A program made the position numbers and the translations under genes. This document shows, in pieces, positions 8,083 to 15,092 of a DNA stretch of 15,092 bases. Every line of letters begins with the position of its first letter. Position 1 is the stretch's first letter. The notes beneath the pieces were generated by a model. It worked only from the letters and a program-made list of their open reading frames with translations, made no database searches and was not told where the DNA came from. The DNA is taken from assembly GCA_963978095.1 (NCBI GenBank), contig CAXBQP010000061.1, positions 1 through 15,092 on the forward strand, written 5' to 3'. This DNA is from an uncultured bacterium. Lineage in GTDB: Bacteria > Gemmatimonadota > Gemmatimonadetes > Gemmatimonadales > Gemmatimonadaceae.

Positions 8083-8925
8083 TCAGTACGCGGCGAGTTC
8101 GCCCCCACATTTCTCGCAATACCATTCCGTGGGAAAGTTCAACGCCTTGCACTCCTGGCAGGTGAGGGTGCGGGCGGCATCCGCAGTCGCATGCGGCGCT
8201 GGCGCGGACGTAACCGGATGCGGCGTCGGAACCGTGGGCGCTCGCTCGACCGCTGACGGGGGCTGCGGTACCTCGAGGAGCTCGCGCCCCTCCGCGCGCT
8301 CGGCGTGCACCACGTCCGGAACGAACAGCTCCGGCTGCGACGATTCGACGGGCTCCGATTGGCGCTCGTCGGTGCTTCCGACGTCGGGCGCGCTCTCGGG
8401 CGCGCCTTCAACCGCCGTCTGCGGTTCCGGGAGCGGCGCGACGCTCACCACCGGCGCCTCGACGACCGGGAGCGCCGCAGGCACGAACACCGGTTTTGCT
8501 TCCGCCAGGAGGCCGAACATGACGTCGAGCTCACGCGCCACGACATCGCGCGCCGCTTGCATGTCGGCCAGTTCGTCGTCGAACTGCTGACGACGACTGT
8601 CCCACTCTTCCGGGGTGAACTCGCCGACCAACGCGCGCAGCTCGACCTCAGCGCGCACGTCACGCCGCTGGCTGATGGCGGCATCCTGTTCGGTCAGCGT
8701 CAGTTCGAGACTGTTGGCCACCGACCGGACGGCGTCCATCTTGTCCTGCAACGCGGACTGCGCGGCCTCGCACTTGGCGGTGTAATCCTCGAGGACACGC
8801 GCATAGACGTGTGCCGGCGTCCCCTCGCGCCGTGACTCGAGCGTGGCCAGCCACTGTTCGATTTTGCGCCGCTCGGCGATCAGGGCTTCGATCTCGGCGA
8901 GTTGCGCCGCTTGTGCTGGATTCAT
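8083..8925 (-). CDS. Hypothetical protein: N-terminal coiled coil, Pro/Ala/Glu-rich linker, C-terminal zinc ribbon
   Basis: ATG with GGAG upstream, 30 bp after the pyrC stop. About 140 aa of heptad-like helix, then a low-complexity linker, then CQECKALNFPTEWYCEKCG. Confidence 0.85.
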   Translation of the reverse strand: MNPAQAAQLAEIEALIAERRKIEQWLATLESRREGTPAHVYARVLEDYTAKCEAAQSALQDKMDAVRSVANSLELTLTEQDAAISQRRDVRAEVELRALVGEFTPEEWDSRRQQFDDELADMQAARDVVARELDVMFGLLAEAKPVFVPAALPVVEAPVVSVAPLPEPQTAVEGAPESAPDVGSTDERQSEPVESSQPELFVPDVVHAERAEGRELLEVPQPPSAVERAPTVPTPHPVTSAPAPHATADAARTLTCQECKALNFPTEWYCEKCGGELAAY

Positions 8926-8955
8926 GATCCGCGTCTCCGTGACGTGCGGGGCGTG

Positions 8956-10248
8956 CTAGCGCTGGAAGACGACGCGCCCGTCGACCACCGTGCAGGTGAC
9001 GAGCCCGGTGAGCGTGCGTCCCTGATACGGGGTGTTGCGTCCCTTGGTGCGGAAGGCCGATGCATCGACCTTCCACGCGGCCGTGGGATCGAACACGGTG
9101 ACGTCACCCAACGCGCCCTTGCGGAAGGTGCCCCCATCGAGGTGGAAGAGCTTCGCCGGCGCACAGGCCATCTTGTCGATCAGCGTCTCCAGGGAGATCA
9201 CCCCCGCGGCCACGAGCCACGTGATGTTCACCGCGAGGGCGGTCTCGAGCCCGATGATCCCGTTGGGCGCCTCGGAGAACTCGCGCTCCTTCTCGTCGTT
9301 GTGGTGCGGGGCGTGGTCGGTGGCGATCACATCGATGGTGCCGTCCTTGACCGCGTCGCGCAGCGCCTCGACGTCGTCGAGCGTGCGCAGCGGCGGGTTC
9401 ATCTTGGCATTGGTGTCATAGCCCTCGACCTCATCTTCCGTCAGCGAGATATGGTGCGGGCACACCTCGGCGGTGACATTGATGCCGCGCTCCTTCCCCC
9501 ACCGGATCAACTCCACGGAACCGCGCGTGCTCATGTGGCAGAGGTGCACATGCCCACCGGTGCGGCGCGCGAGCAGGATGTCGCGGATGGCCATGATCTC
9601 CTCGGCCTCGCTCGGAATCCCCTTGAGGCCGAGTCGGGCCGAGACCAGCCCTTCGTTCATGGCGCCGCCCGCGGCGAGGGTCGGCTCTTCGCAGTGGTCA
9701 GCCACGGGGATCCCGAACGCGCGTGCGTATTCGAGCGCGGTGCGCATGAGCTGCGCGCTGACGACCGGCTTGCCGTCGTCGCTGACGGCGACCGCCCCTG
9801 CCCCGACCATCTCGCCGAACTCCGCGAGCTGTTCCCCCTTCTCGCCGATCGAGATGGCGCCGATGGGATAAACGCGGGCGGCGCCGGCGGCCCGTCCCTG
9901 CTTGAGCACGAAGCCGATGGCGGCCTGGTTGTCCGTGACCGGGTCGGTGTTCGGCATGGCGCAGACGGCGGTGAACCCGCCGGCCGCGGCCGCGCGCGCC
10001 CCCGTGGCGATGGTCTCCACATCCTCGCGCCCCGGCTCGCGCAAATGGCAATGGACGTCGATGAAGCCCGGAGCGACGACCTTCCCCGAGCAGTCCACGA
10101 TGGTCGCACCATCGGGAGCGGCGAGATTCCCGCCGACGCTCTCGATCTTGCCGTCGCGCAGGAGGATGTCCCCCACGGCGTCCGTACTGGTCGAGGGATC
10201 GAGCAGGCGCCCGCCCTTCAGGAGGAGATCACGACGGTCGGCGCTCAT
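8956..10248 (-). CDS. pyrC: Dihydroorotase (long, type I)
   Basis: [57 protein letters not shown] overlap with pyrB. Confidence 0.96.
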   Translation of the reverse strand: MSADRRDLLLKGGRLLDPSTSTDAVGDILLRDGKIESVGGNLAAPDGATIVDCSGKVVAPGFIDVHCHLREPGREDVETIATGARAAAAGGFTAVCAMPNTDPVTDNQAAIGFVLKQGRAAGAARVYPIGAISIGEKGEQLAEFGEMVGAGAVAVSDDGKPVVSAQLMRTALEYARAFGIPVADHCEEPTLAAGGAMNEGLVSARLGLKGIPSEAEEIMAIRDILLARRTGGHVHLCHMSTRGSVELIRWGKERGINVTAEVCPHHISLTEDEVEGYDTNAKMNPPLRTLDDVEALRDAVKDGTIDVIATDHAPHHNDEKEREFSEAPNGIIGLETALAVNITWLVAAGVISLETLIDKMACAPAKLFHLDGGTFRKGALGDVTVFDPTAAWKVDASAFRTKGRNTPYQGRTLTGLVTCTVVDGRVVFQR

Positions 10249-11213
10249 GCCTCACCCCGGGCTGCGGTGGCGAGATTCGGCGTGTTGCCGGCGAGGAGGT
10301 AGAGCACGGCCATACGCACGGCAACGCCGTTGGTGACCTGGTCGAGGATGACGCTGTGGGGGCCGTCAGCCACGTCGGAGTCGATCTCGACGCCGCGATT
10401 CATGGGACCGGGGTGAAGGATGAGAATGTCACGCGGGGCTCGTTCGAGCCGCTCGCGGGTGACACCGAAGACACGATTGTATTCGCGGAGCGACGGGATG
10501 TACCCCGCCTGCATCCGTTCCAGTTGGAGCCGCAGCACGTTGAGGGCATCCGCCCACTCCACCGCCTGCTCGATGCGATCGAAGACGTGCACCCCCATCT
10601 CGCCGATCGCGCTCGGCAGCAGCGAGCGCGGCCCGCAGACCGCCACCTCGGCGCCGAGCTTGGTGAGTCCCCAGATATTCGAGCGTGCGACGCGCGAGTG
10701 GAGGACGTCCCCGCAGATACAGATGCGCTTGCCGCGCAAGTCGCCGAGGTTGTCGCGCAGCGTCAGCAAGTCGAGCAGCCCCTGCGTGGGATGCTCATGC
10801 GTGCCATCGCCGGCGTTGATCACGTTGGACTCGATCCGATCGGCGAGGAACTTGGCGGCGCCCGAGGCGTGATGCCGAATGACGACCATGTCGATTCGCA
10901 TCGCTTCGAGGTTGCGCGCGGTGTCGACCAGTGTTTCGCCTTTCGAGACGCTCGACCCGCTGGACGCGACATTCACGGTGTCGGCGCTCATGCGCTTCTC
11001 CGCGAACTCGAACGAGATGCGGGTGCGGGTGGAGGCCTCGAAGAACAGATTGACCACCGTGGCCCCTCGGAGCGTCGGGACCTTCTTGATGGCGCGTTCC
11101 GAGATCTCCTTGAGGGGACCCGCGGTGTCGAGAATGACCGTGATCTGCTCGGCGGACAGCTGTTCGAGGCCGAGGAGATCCTTGCCAAGCACGCTGGTCG
11201 CCGTTGCGGTCAC
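10245..11213 (-). CDS. pyrB: Aspartate carbamoyltransferase catalytic subunit
   Basis: [84 protein letters not shown] overlap with pyrR. Confidence 0.97.
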   Translation of the reverse strand: MTATATSVLGKDLLGLEQLSAEQITVILDTAGPLKEISERAIKKVPTLRGATVVNLFFEASTRTRISFEFAEKRMSADTVNVASSGSSVSKGETLVDTARNLEAMRIDMVVIRHHASGAAKFLADRIESNVINAGDGTHEHPTQGLLDLLTLRDNLGDLRGKRICICGDVLHSRVARSNIWGLTKLGAEVAVCGPRSLLPSAIGEMGVHVFDRIEQAVEWADALNVLRLQLERMQAGYIPSLREYNRVFGVTRERLERAPRDILILHPGPMNRGVEIDSDVADGPHSVILDQVTNGVAVRMAVLYLLAGNTPNLATAARGEA

Positions 11214-11758
11214 GAGCGCTCCATGACGTTGAGGACCACTTCGTCGCGTCCATCGAGTTCGGTCACGTAGACGTCCACGCGTCCACCCGGGGGTACGTCG
11301 ACATGTTTGCCGACGACGTCCGGCTGGATCGGCAGTTCGCGTCCCCCCCGGTCGACGAGCACGGCGAGCCCCACGCGCGCCGGCCGGCCGAAGTCCGCGA
11401 GTTCGTCCAGCGCGGCACGGATGGTGCGCCCCGTGAACAGCACATCGTCGACGATCACGACGCGTCGCCCTTCGAGATCATCCGGGAGGGTCGTGCGTCC
11501 CACGACCGGACGCGGGCCGACGGTCTGCAGGTCGTCGCGATAGAGCGTGATGTCGAGTGCGCCGAGCGGGACGATCGCCCCCTCACGCGCCGTGATGACG
11601 GCGGCGATGCGCGAGGCGATCTGCACACCGCGACGCTGGATTCCGACGAGGATGAGCCCCTCGGCGCCGTCGTTCCGCTCGAGAATTTCATCGGCCATGC
11701 GCGAGACGGTACGCTCGAGCGATTTGGCGCTGAGGACGATCGACGAGGTCGGTGGCAT
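11210..11758 (-). CDS. pyrR: Bifunctional pyr operon regulator / uracil phosphoribosyltransferase
   Basis: [42 protein letters not shown] (PRPP-binding), [14 protein letters not shown]. Start placed at ATG 11758. Confidence 0.96.
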   Translation of the reverse strand: MPPTSSIVLSAKSLERTVSRMADEILERNDGAEGLILVGIQRRGVQIASRIAAVITAREGAIVPLGALDITLYRDDLQTVGPRPVVGRTTLPDDLEGRRVVIVDDVLFTGRTIRAALDELADFGRPARVGLAVLVDRGGRELPIQPDVVGKHVDVPPGGRVDVYVTELDGRDEVVLNVMERS

Positions 11759-11855
11759 CTCAGGGACGGAATATGCCCTGCGTCGCACCGAAAATAAAGC
11801 GTCGATTCCCGCCCGCCCGTTGCGGCAAGGGTGAGCGGGAGGCGACAATTCCCCC

Positions 11856-12614
11856 ATGCTCGGCGCCACACCCCTTCCGCATCTGTCGGTGGTCGTTCCG
11901 TGTTACAACGGGGCGGACCGCCTCCCCGCCGCGCTGGCGCAGTTGACCGCGTGGCTGGAGGCGCAGCCGTATGACGCCGAGTTGATATTGGTGGACGACT
12001 GCAGTGGGCCCGCGGCGGCGCAGGTCCTGCGGGAGTTCGCGACGGGGCGCGCGGGGGTCACGCTCCTGCGGAATGATCCCAATGGCGGCAAGGGGGTGTC
12101 CGTCGGGCGAGGATTGCGCGCGGGCCGCGCGCCGTATCGCGTGTTCACCGATGCCGACCTCGCGTACCCGCCCTCGGAGATCAACAAGATTCTGCGCGAC
12201 CTCGAGGCCGGCAACGGGGTCGCGATCGCCTGCCGCGTGCTGCCGGAGTCGCGGTACGAGATGAGCCCGTCGTTCTTCCACTACTTGTACACACGGCACA
12301 TCATGAGCCGGGTGTTCAACGCGCTGGTCCGGCTCGTGTTGCTCCGAGAGGTCCGCGACACGCAGGCGGGATTGAAGGGATTCACGGCCGCGGCCGTCGA
12401 GACGGTGTTCCCGCGAGTGACGATCCCGCGTTTCGGCTTCGATGTGGAAGCGCTGTTCATCGCGCAGAAGAAGGGATTCACGGTCAAGCAGACCGCGGTG
12501 CACTTCCGGTATGACGAGGAACCGACGTCGGTGAGTTTCGCGCAATCCGCATTCGTGATGGCCGGCGAGGTGTTGCAGGTGCGACTCAACGATTGGCGTG
12601 GCCGCTACGACTGA
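11856..12614 (+). CDS. GT2 glycosyltransferase, dolichyl/polyprenyl-phosphate sugar synthase-like
   Basis: LSVVVPCYN, ILVDDCS, NGGKG, FTDADL (DxD), DTQAGLKGF, FGFDVEAL. GGAGG upstream. No C-terminal TM pair. Confidence 0.9.
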   Translation: MLGATPLPHLSVVVPCYNGADRLPAALAQLTAWLEAQPYDAELILVDDCSGPAAAQVLREFATGRAGVTLLRNDPNGGKGVSVGRGLRAGRAPYRVFTDADLAYPPSEINKILRDLEAGNGVAIACRVLPESRYEMSPSFFHYLYTRHIMSRVFNALVRLVLLREVRDTQAGLKGFTAAAVETVFPRVTIPRFGFDVEALFIAQKKGFTVKQTAVHFRYDEEPTSVSFAQSAFVMAGEVLQVRLNDWRGRYD

Positions 12615-13461
12615 CGGACCGGCGCGAGCGTCCGCGCCCCGCACGCGGCTGATCATCAATGCCGATGATTTCGCGTTCACGCCGGCGGTGACGGCGGGAA
12701 TTCTCGAGGCGCATCACGCGGGGAGCGTCAGCTCCACGTCGATGATGGTCCACTGCCCCGGCTGGGACGACGGCATCCGGCAGGCGCGCGCGACGCCCAC
12801 GCTGGGCATCGGCTTGCATCTGAACCTGGTGGTGGGCGCGCCACTCTCCGGAGCACCCTCGTTGATGGACCGCCGGACGGGACGCTTTGCGCCGCTGACG
12901 ACGCTGATCGGCCGTGCGCTGGTCGGCGCGCTCGACATCGACGAGGCGGAAGCCGAGTGTATCGCGCAGTTGGAGGCGCTGAATCAGGCGGGTGTGACGG
13001 CGACGCACCTCGATTCGCACCGGCACACCCACGCGCTCCCGGTGCTGCGCCGCGCGGTCGCACGCGTGGCGGAGCGGCGCGGGCTGCCGTTGCGACGTCC
13101 GGTGGAATCGCACCGTCGGTTCCCGAATGACCTTCCGTCGCAGCTGCATCGCGGCGTGATCGCGTGGTCGTGGCGCGTGACGTCACTGACGGCGGTGCCA
13201 ACGCGCGCACCGGATCATTTCATCGGGGTGTCCATGCAGGGGAGCCGCGGATTCGAGGCGCGATTGTGCGCCGTGCTCGACGCGCTCCCGGCCGGCACCG
13301 TGGAACTCATGGTTCATCCGGGGCACGTGGATGAGGCCCTGCGCGCGGTGGACGGCTACACGACGCCGCGAGAAGTCGAACTCCGCGCGCTGCGCTCACC
13401 GGCGGTTCGTGCGCGCCTGGCGCGAGGCGACATCGCCTTGATCGACTTCACCGCCCTCTGA
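12598..13461 (+). CDS. YdjC/ChbG/HpnK family carbohydrate deacetylase
   Basis: LIINADDF, VSSTSMM, GIGLHLNL, HLDSHRHTH, ELMVHPG, REVELRAL. Overlaps the GT2 gene by 17 bp. Confidence 0.92.
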   Translation: MAATTDGPARASAPRTRLIINADDFAFTPAVTAGILEAHHAGSVSSTSMMVHCPGWDDGIRQARATPTLGIGLHLNLVVGAPLSGAPSLMDRRTGRFAPLTTLIGRALVGALDIDEAEAECIAQLEALNQAGVTATHLDSHRHTHALPVLRRAVARVAERRGLPLRRPVESHRRFPNDLPSQLHRGVIAWSWRVTSLTAVPTRAPDHFIGVSMQGSRGFEARLCAVLDALPAGTVELMVHPGHVDEALRAVDGYTTPREVELRALRSPAVRARLARGDIALIDFTAL

Positions 13462-14670
13462 GGCCGGTCGCACGTTCGCGACGAGGCCGAGCAGCTCGGC
13501 CTGCATGACGATCCAGAGCGGGATCAGCGGGACCGTCTTGAGGAGGTACGGCACGTAGTACGCCCGATACCAGGCCCGCGGCATCAGATCGGTGCTGCCG
13601 AGGTTCACGACGGCGAAGGCAACGAGCATCAGGCCCGTGCGCCAACCGGTGCGCGGCGACACCGCGTACCAGAGGGCCATGCCGACCATCGCGATGACGA
13701 AGGAGGGAGATTCGGCCTGATGGTTGAACAGGACGCAGAAAACGAGAATCGACGATAAGAAGAGGAGCCGGAAGTGCGGTTCGTCGCGGCGCTTCCACTG
13801 GACTGCCAGCGGGAGCAGCAGGACGATCACCCCGGCGAGTTGCGTGGGCCAATGCGGCCAATCCACTCCCCACCAGACCCGGAACTGTCCCATGAGGCCC
13901 GCGTAGAGATCGGCGCCGCCAGCGCCGTACCGGGCGAGCGGCGCCGCATCGCGCGTTTCGATGGCGTGCCACGAGCGGTACTGGGACGCCAACGATGTCG
14001 GCGACACCGCCACGAGTGGCAGTGCGACCCCGAGGATGGCCGTCGCGGTGGCGATGAGCGCCATCCGGAGCTTCCGCGGATGGAAGATGGCCCCCGCGAA
14101 CGCCGCAGCCGGAAAGAGCTTCACGAAGGTGCCGGCGGCAATCGCACTCGCGACGCTCCACTGCGCACGGCGCTCATAGGCCGTCCACGCGAGCAACATC
14201 AGCCCCGCGCAGAGCGCGTTGCTCTGTGCGCGCTGCAGGTCGCCGACGACCGGAAGGAGCGCGATGGCCAGCGCCACGTACGCCTGCCGCGCGGGAAGAA
14301 GCCGCACGAATCCCCAACAGACGGCGGCCGCGCAACTCAGAGCCCAAAGCATGTATCCAGCCGTGACGGGGAGCAGCGCGAAAGGTGCGAACAGGAAGGC
14401 GAAAGTCGGGGAGTATTTGAAGAAATCCTCGTGCACGCCCGGCCAGGGCGCGTAGAGATCCTGTCCCGCCATCAAGTGTTCGAAGGCCGCCCGGAAGATC
14501 AGGAAGTTGTTCTCGTGCGACAGGACCGTCCGCTGGTACCCGACCGCGACCGCTGCCATCGCATAGAAGAGGAGGAGACCGATCAGCGCCCCCGACCCCA
14601 CGCCGGCCCGTGATGTGGCCGGCGAGGGGTCGTTCGGAAGGCGGTCGGCGTTCGGACGTGTGGCGGACAT
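13396..14670 (-). CDS. DUF2029 / GT87-like polytopic membrane glycosyltransferase (GT-C fold)
   Basis: TM1 followed by NNFLIFRAAFEHLMAGQDLY...FKYSPTFAFLFAPFALLP, QSN, FVKLFP, FNHQAESPSF and many TM segments. Start placed at ATG 14670 (uncertain). Confidence 0.82.
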   Translation of the reverse strand: MSATRPNADRLPNDPSPATSRAGVGSGALIGLLLFYAMAAVAVGYQRTVLSHENNFLIFRAAFEHLMAGQDLYAPWPGVHEDFFKYSPTFAFLFAPFALLPVTAGYMLWALSCAAAVCWGFVRLLPARQAYVALAIALLPVVGDLQRAQSNALCAGLMLLAWTAYERRAQWSVASAIAAGTFVKLFPAAAFAGAIFHPRKLRMALIATATAILGVALPLVAVSPTSLASQYRSWHAIETRDAAPLARYGAGGADLYAGLMGQFRVWWGVDWPHWPTQLAGVIVLLLPLAVQWKRRDEPHFRLLFLSSILVFCVLFNHQAESPSFVIAMVGMALWYAVSPRTGWRTGLMLVAFAVVNLGSTDLMPRAWYRAYYVPYLLKTVPLIPLWIVMQAELLGLVANVRPASEGGEVDQGDVASRQARTNRR

Positions 14671-14964
14671 GCGGACAAGTTGATGGACGGACGCACGCCG
14701 CGAAAGCGGGGGCGCCACGGAGCTGCGGTACGGCTGGCGCGTCGGCAGGCGGAGGACGTTGCGTCCTGGGACGAAAGCGTTCGGCTGGCACAACATCCGC
14801 GCGAGCCCGAAACGTCGGGGATCTTCCAGCGCCGACTCGCGAGATCGCCCCGTCCCTTCCTGTCGTGCTCGGCACCGGGTATGCGCGGACTGCTCGACCA
14901 GCTCGGAGGACTCGCCACATCGACACGAGACGGCCACTCACAGATCGAGCCCGCTCCAGCCTTT

Positions 14965-15006
14965 GCAAGAACGGGGTGCCGCGACACACGCGGCACCCCG
15001 TCTTGC
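14965..15006 (-). terminator. Strong hairpin, probable terminator of the upstream minus-strand gene
   Basis: ACGGGGTGCCGCG-acaca-CGCGGCACCCCGT (14971-15001, perfect 13-bp stem), extended by GCAAG/CTTGC, about 25 bp after a TAG stop. The U-tract is weak. Confidence 0.7.
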
Positions 15007-15030
15007 TGCCCCGCAGGCCGTTGCCGTGCC

Positions 15031-15092
15031 CTACGGCTTCTTCACCGCCGGGGTGGGCTTGGGACGCGCCTTGAACTCCTCGTAAAGCTTGG
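15031..15092 (-). CDS. 3' end of an unidentified gene (starts outside window)
   Basis: Minus strand reads ...KLYEEFKARPKPTPAVKKP-TAG with almost all third positions G/C, followed by the terminator hairpin. Confidence 0.55.
   Translation of the reverse strand, partial: KLYEEFKARPKPTPAVKKP

Noticed and set aside
8956..10248. Possibility that pyrC is an inactive PyrC' scaffold, as in Pseudomonas pyrR-pyrB-pyrC'
   Set aside because: The metal and catalytic residues appear intact (HCH, SDDG, DHCEE, CHMS, DHAPH, plus the substrate-binding Arg and Asn), consistent with an active enzyme.
12598..13461. Assignment as hopanoid hpnK or chitobiose chbG
   Set aside because: No hpnJ radical SAM, squalene-hopene cyclase or PTS/chb genes are nearby, so only the family-level call is supported.
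249..14613. Many long alternative-frame ORFs (e.g. 671-2188, 1912-3240, 3138-4733, 6119-7069, 8902-10302, 10356-11270, 13774-14613 on +; 11760-12680 on -)
   Set aside because: They lie antisense to or out of frame with well-supported genes, are Arg/Gly/Pro-rich and show no motifs. Such shadow ORFs are expected in high-GC DNA.
4755..14937. Long N-terminal extensions in the ORF track for moxR (5021), scpA (6970), rpsT (7565), pyrR (11869) and the GT87-like gene (14937)
   Set aside because: The extensions have no family resemblance and most overlap neighbouring genes or predicted promoters. Downstream starts fit the family N-termini better.
1..15092. CRISPR arrays, tRNA/rRNA, IS elements, integrases, defence or toxin genes
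   Set aside because: No regularly spaced repeats, RNA gene signatures, transposase or recombinase motifs, or obvious compositional shift were seen by eye.

Overview
GC-rich bacterial chromosomal segment made up mostly of housekeeping genes. The S20 sequence style and gene order suggest Gemmatimonadota, which is an inference only. Left block (- strand, mostly overlapping start/stop codons): site-2 protease, scpA, scpB, rluB-type pseudouridine synthase, moxR AAA+, DUF58, a membrane-anchored protein, BatA-like VWA, and a BatB-like VWA that runs off the window and is missing from the ORF track. rpsT (+) is divergent from this block, with two back-to-back sigma70-like promoters between them. A pyrR-pyrB-pyrC operon (-) ends in an uncharacterised coiled-coil/zinc-ribbon gene. 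On the right is a glycosylation cluster: a GT2 polyprenyl-phosphate sugar synthase and a YdjC/ChbG deacetylase (+), convergent with a DUF2029/GT87-type membrane transferase (-). The window ends with a hairpin and the 3' end of another gene. I found no mobile element, CRISPR array, tRNA or rRNA. The best candidates for new biology are the GT2-YdjC-GT87 trio (a possible aminosugar envelope-modification system with a non-ArnT transferase) and the zinc-ribbon protein. Both are hypotheses, and no database searches were run.
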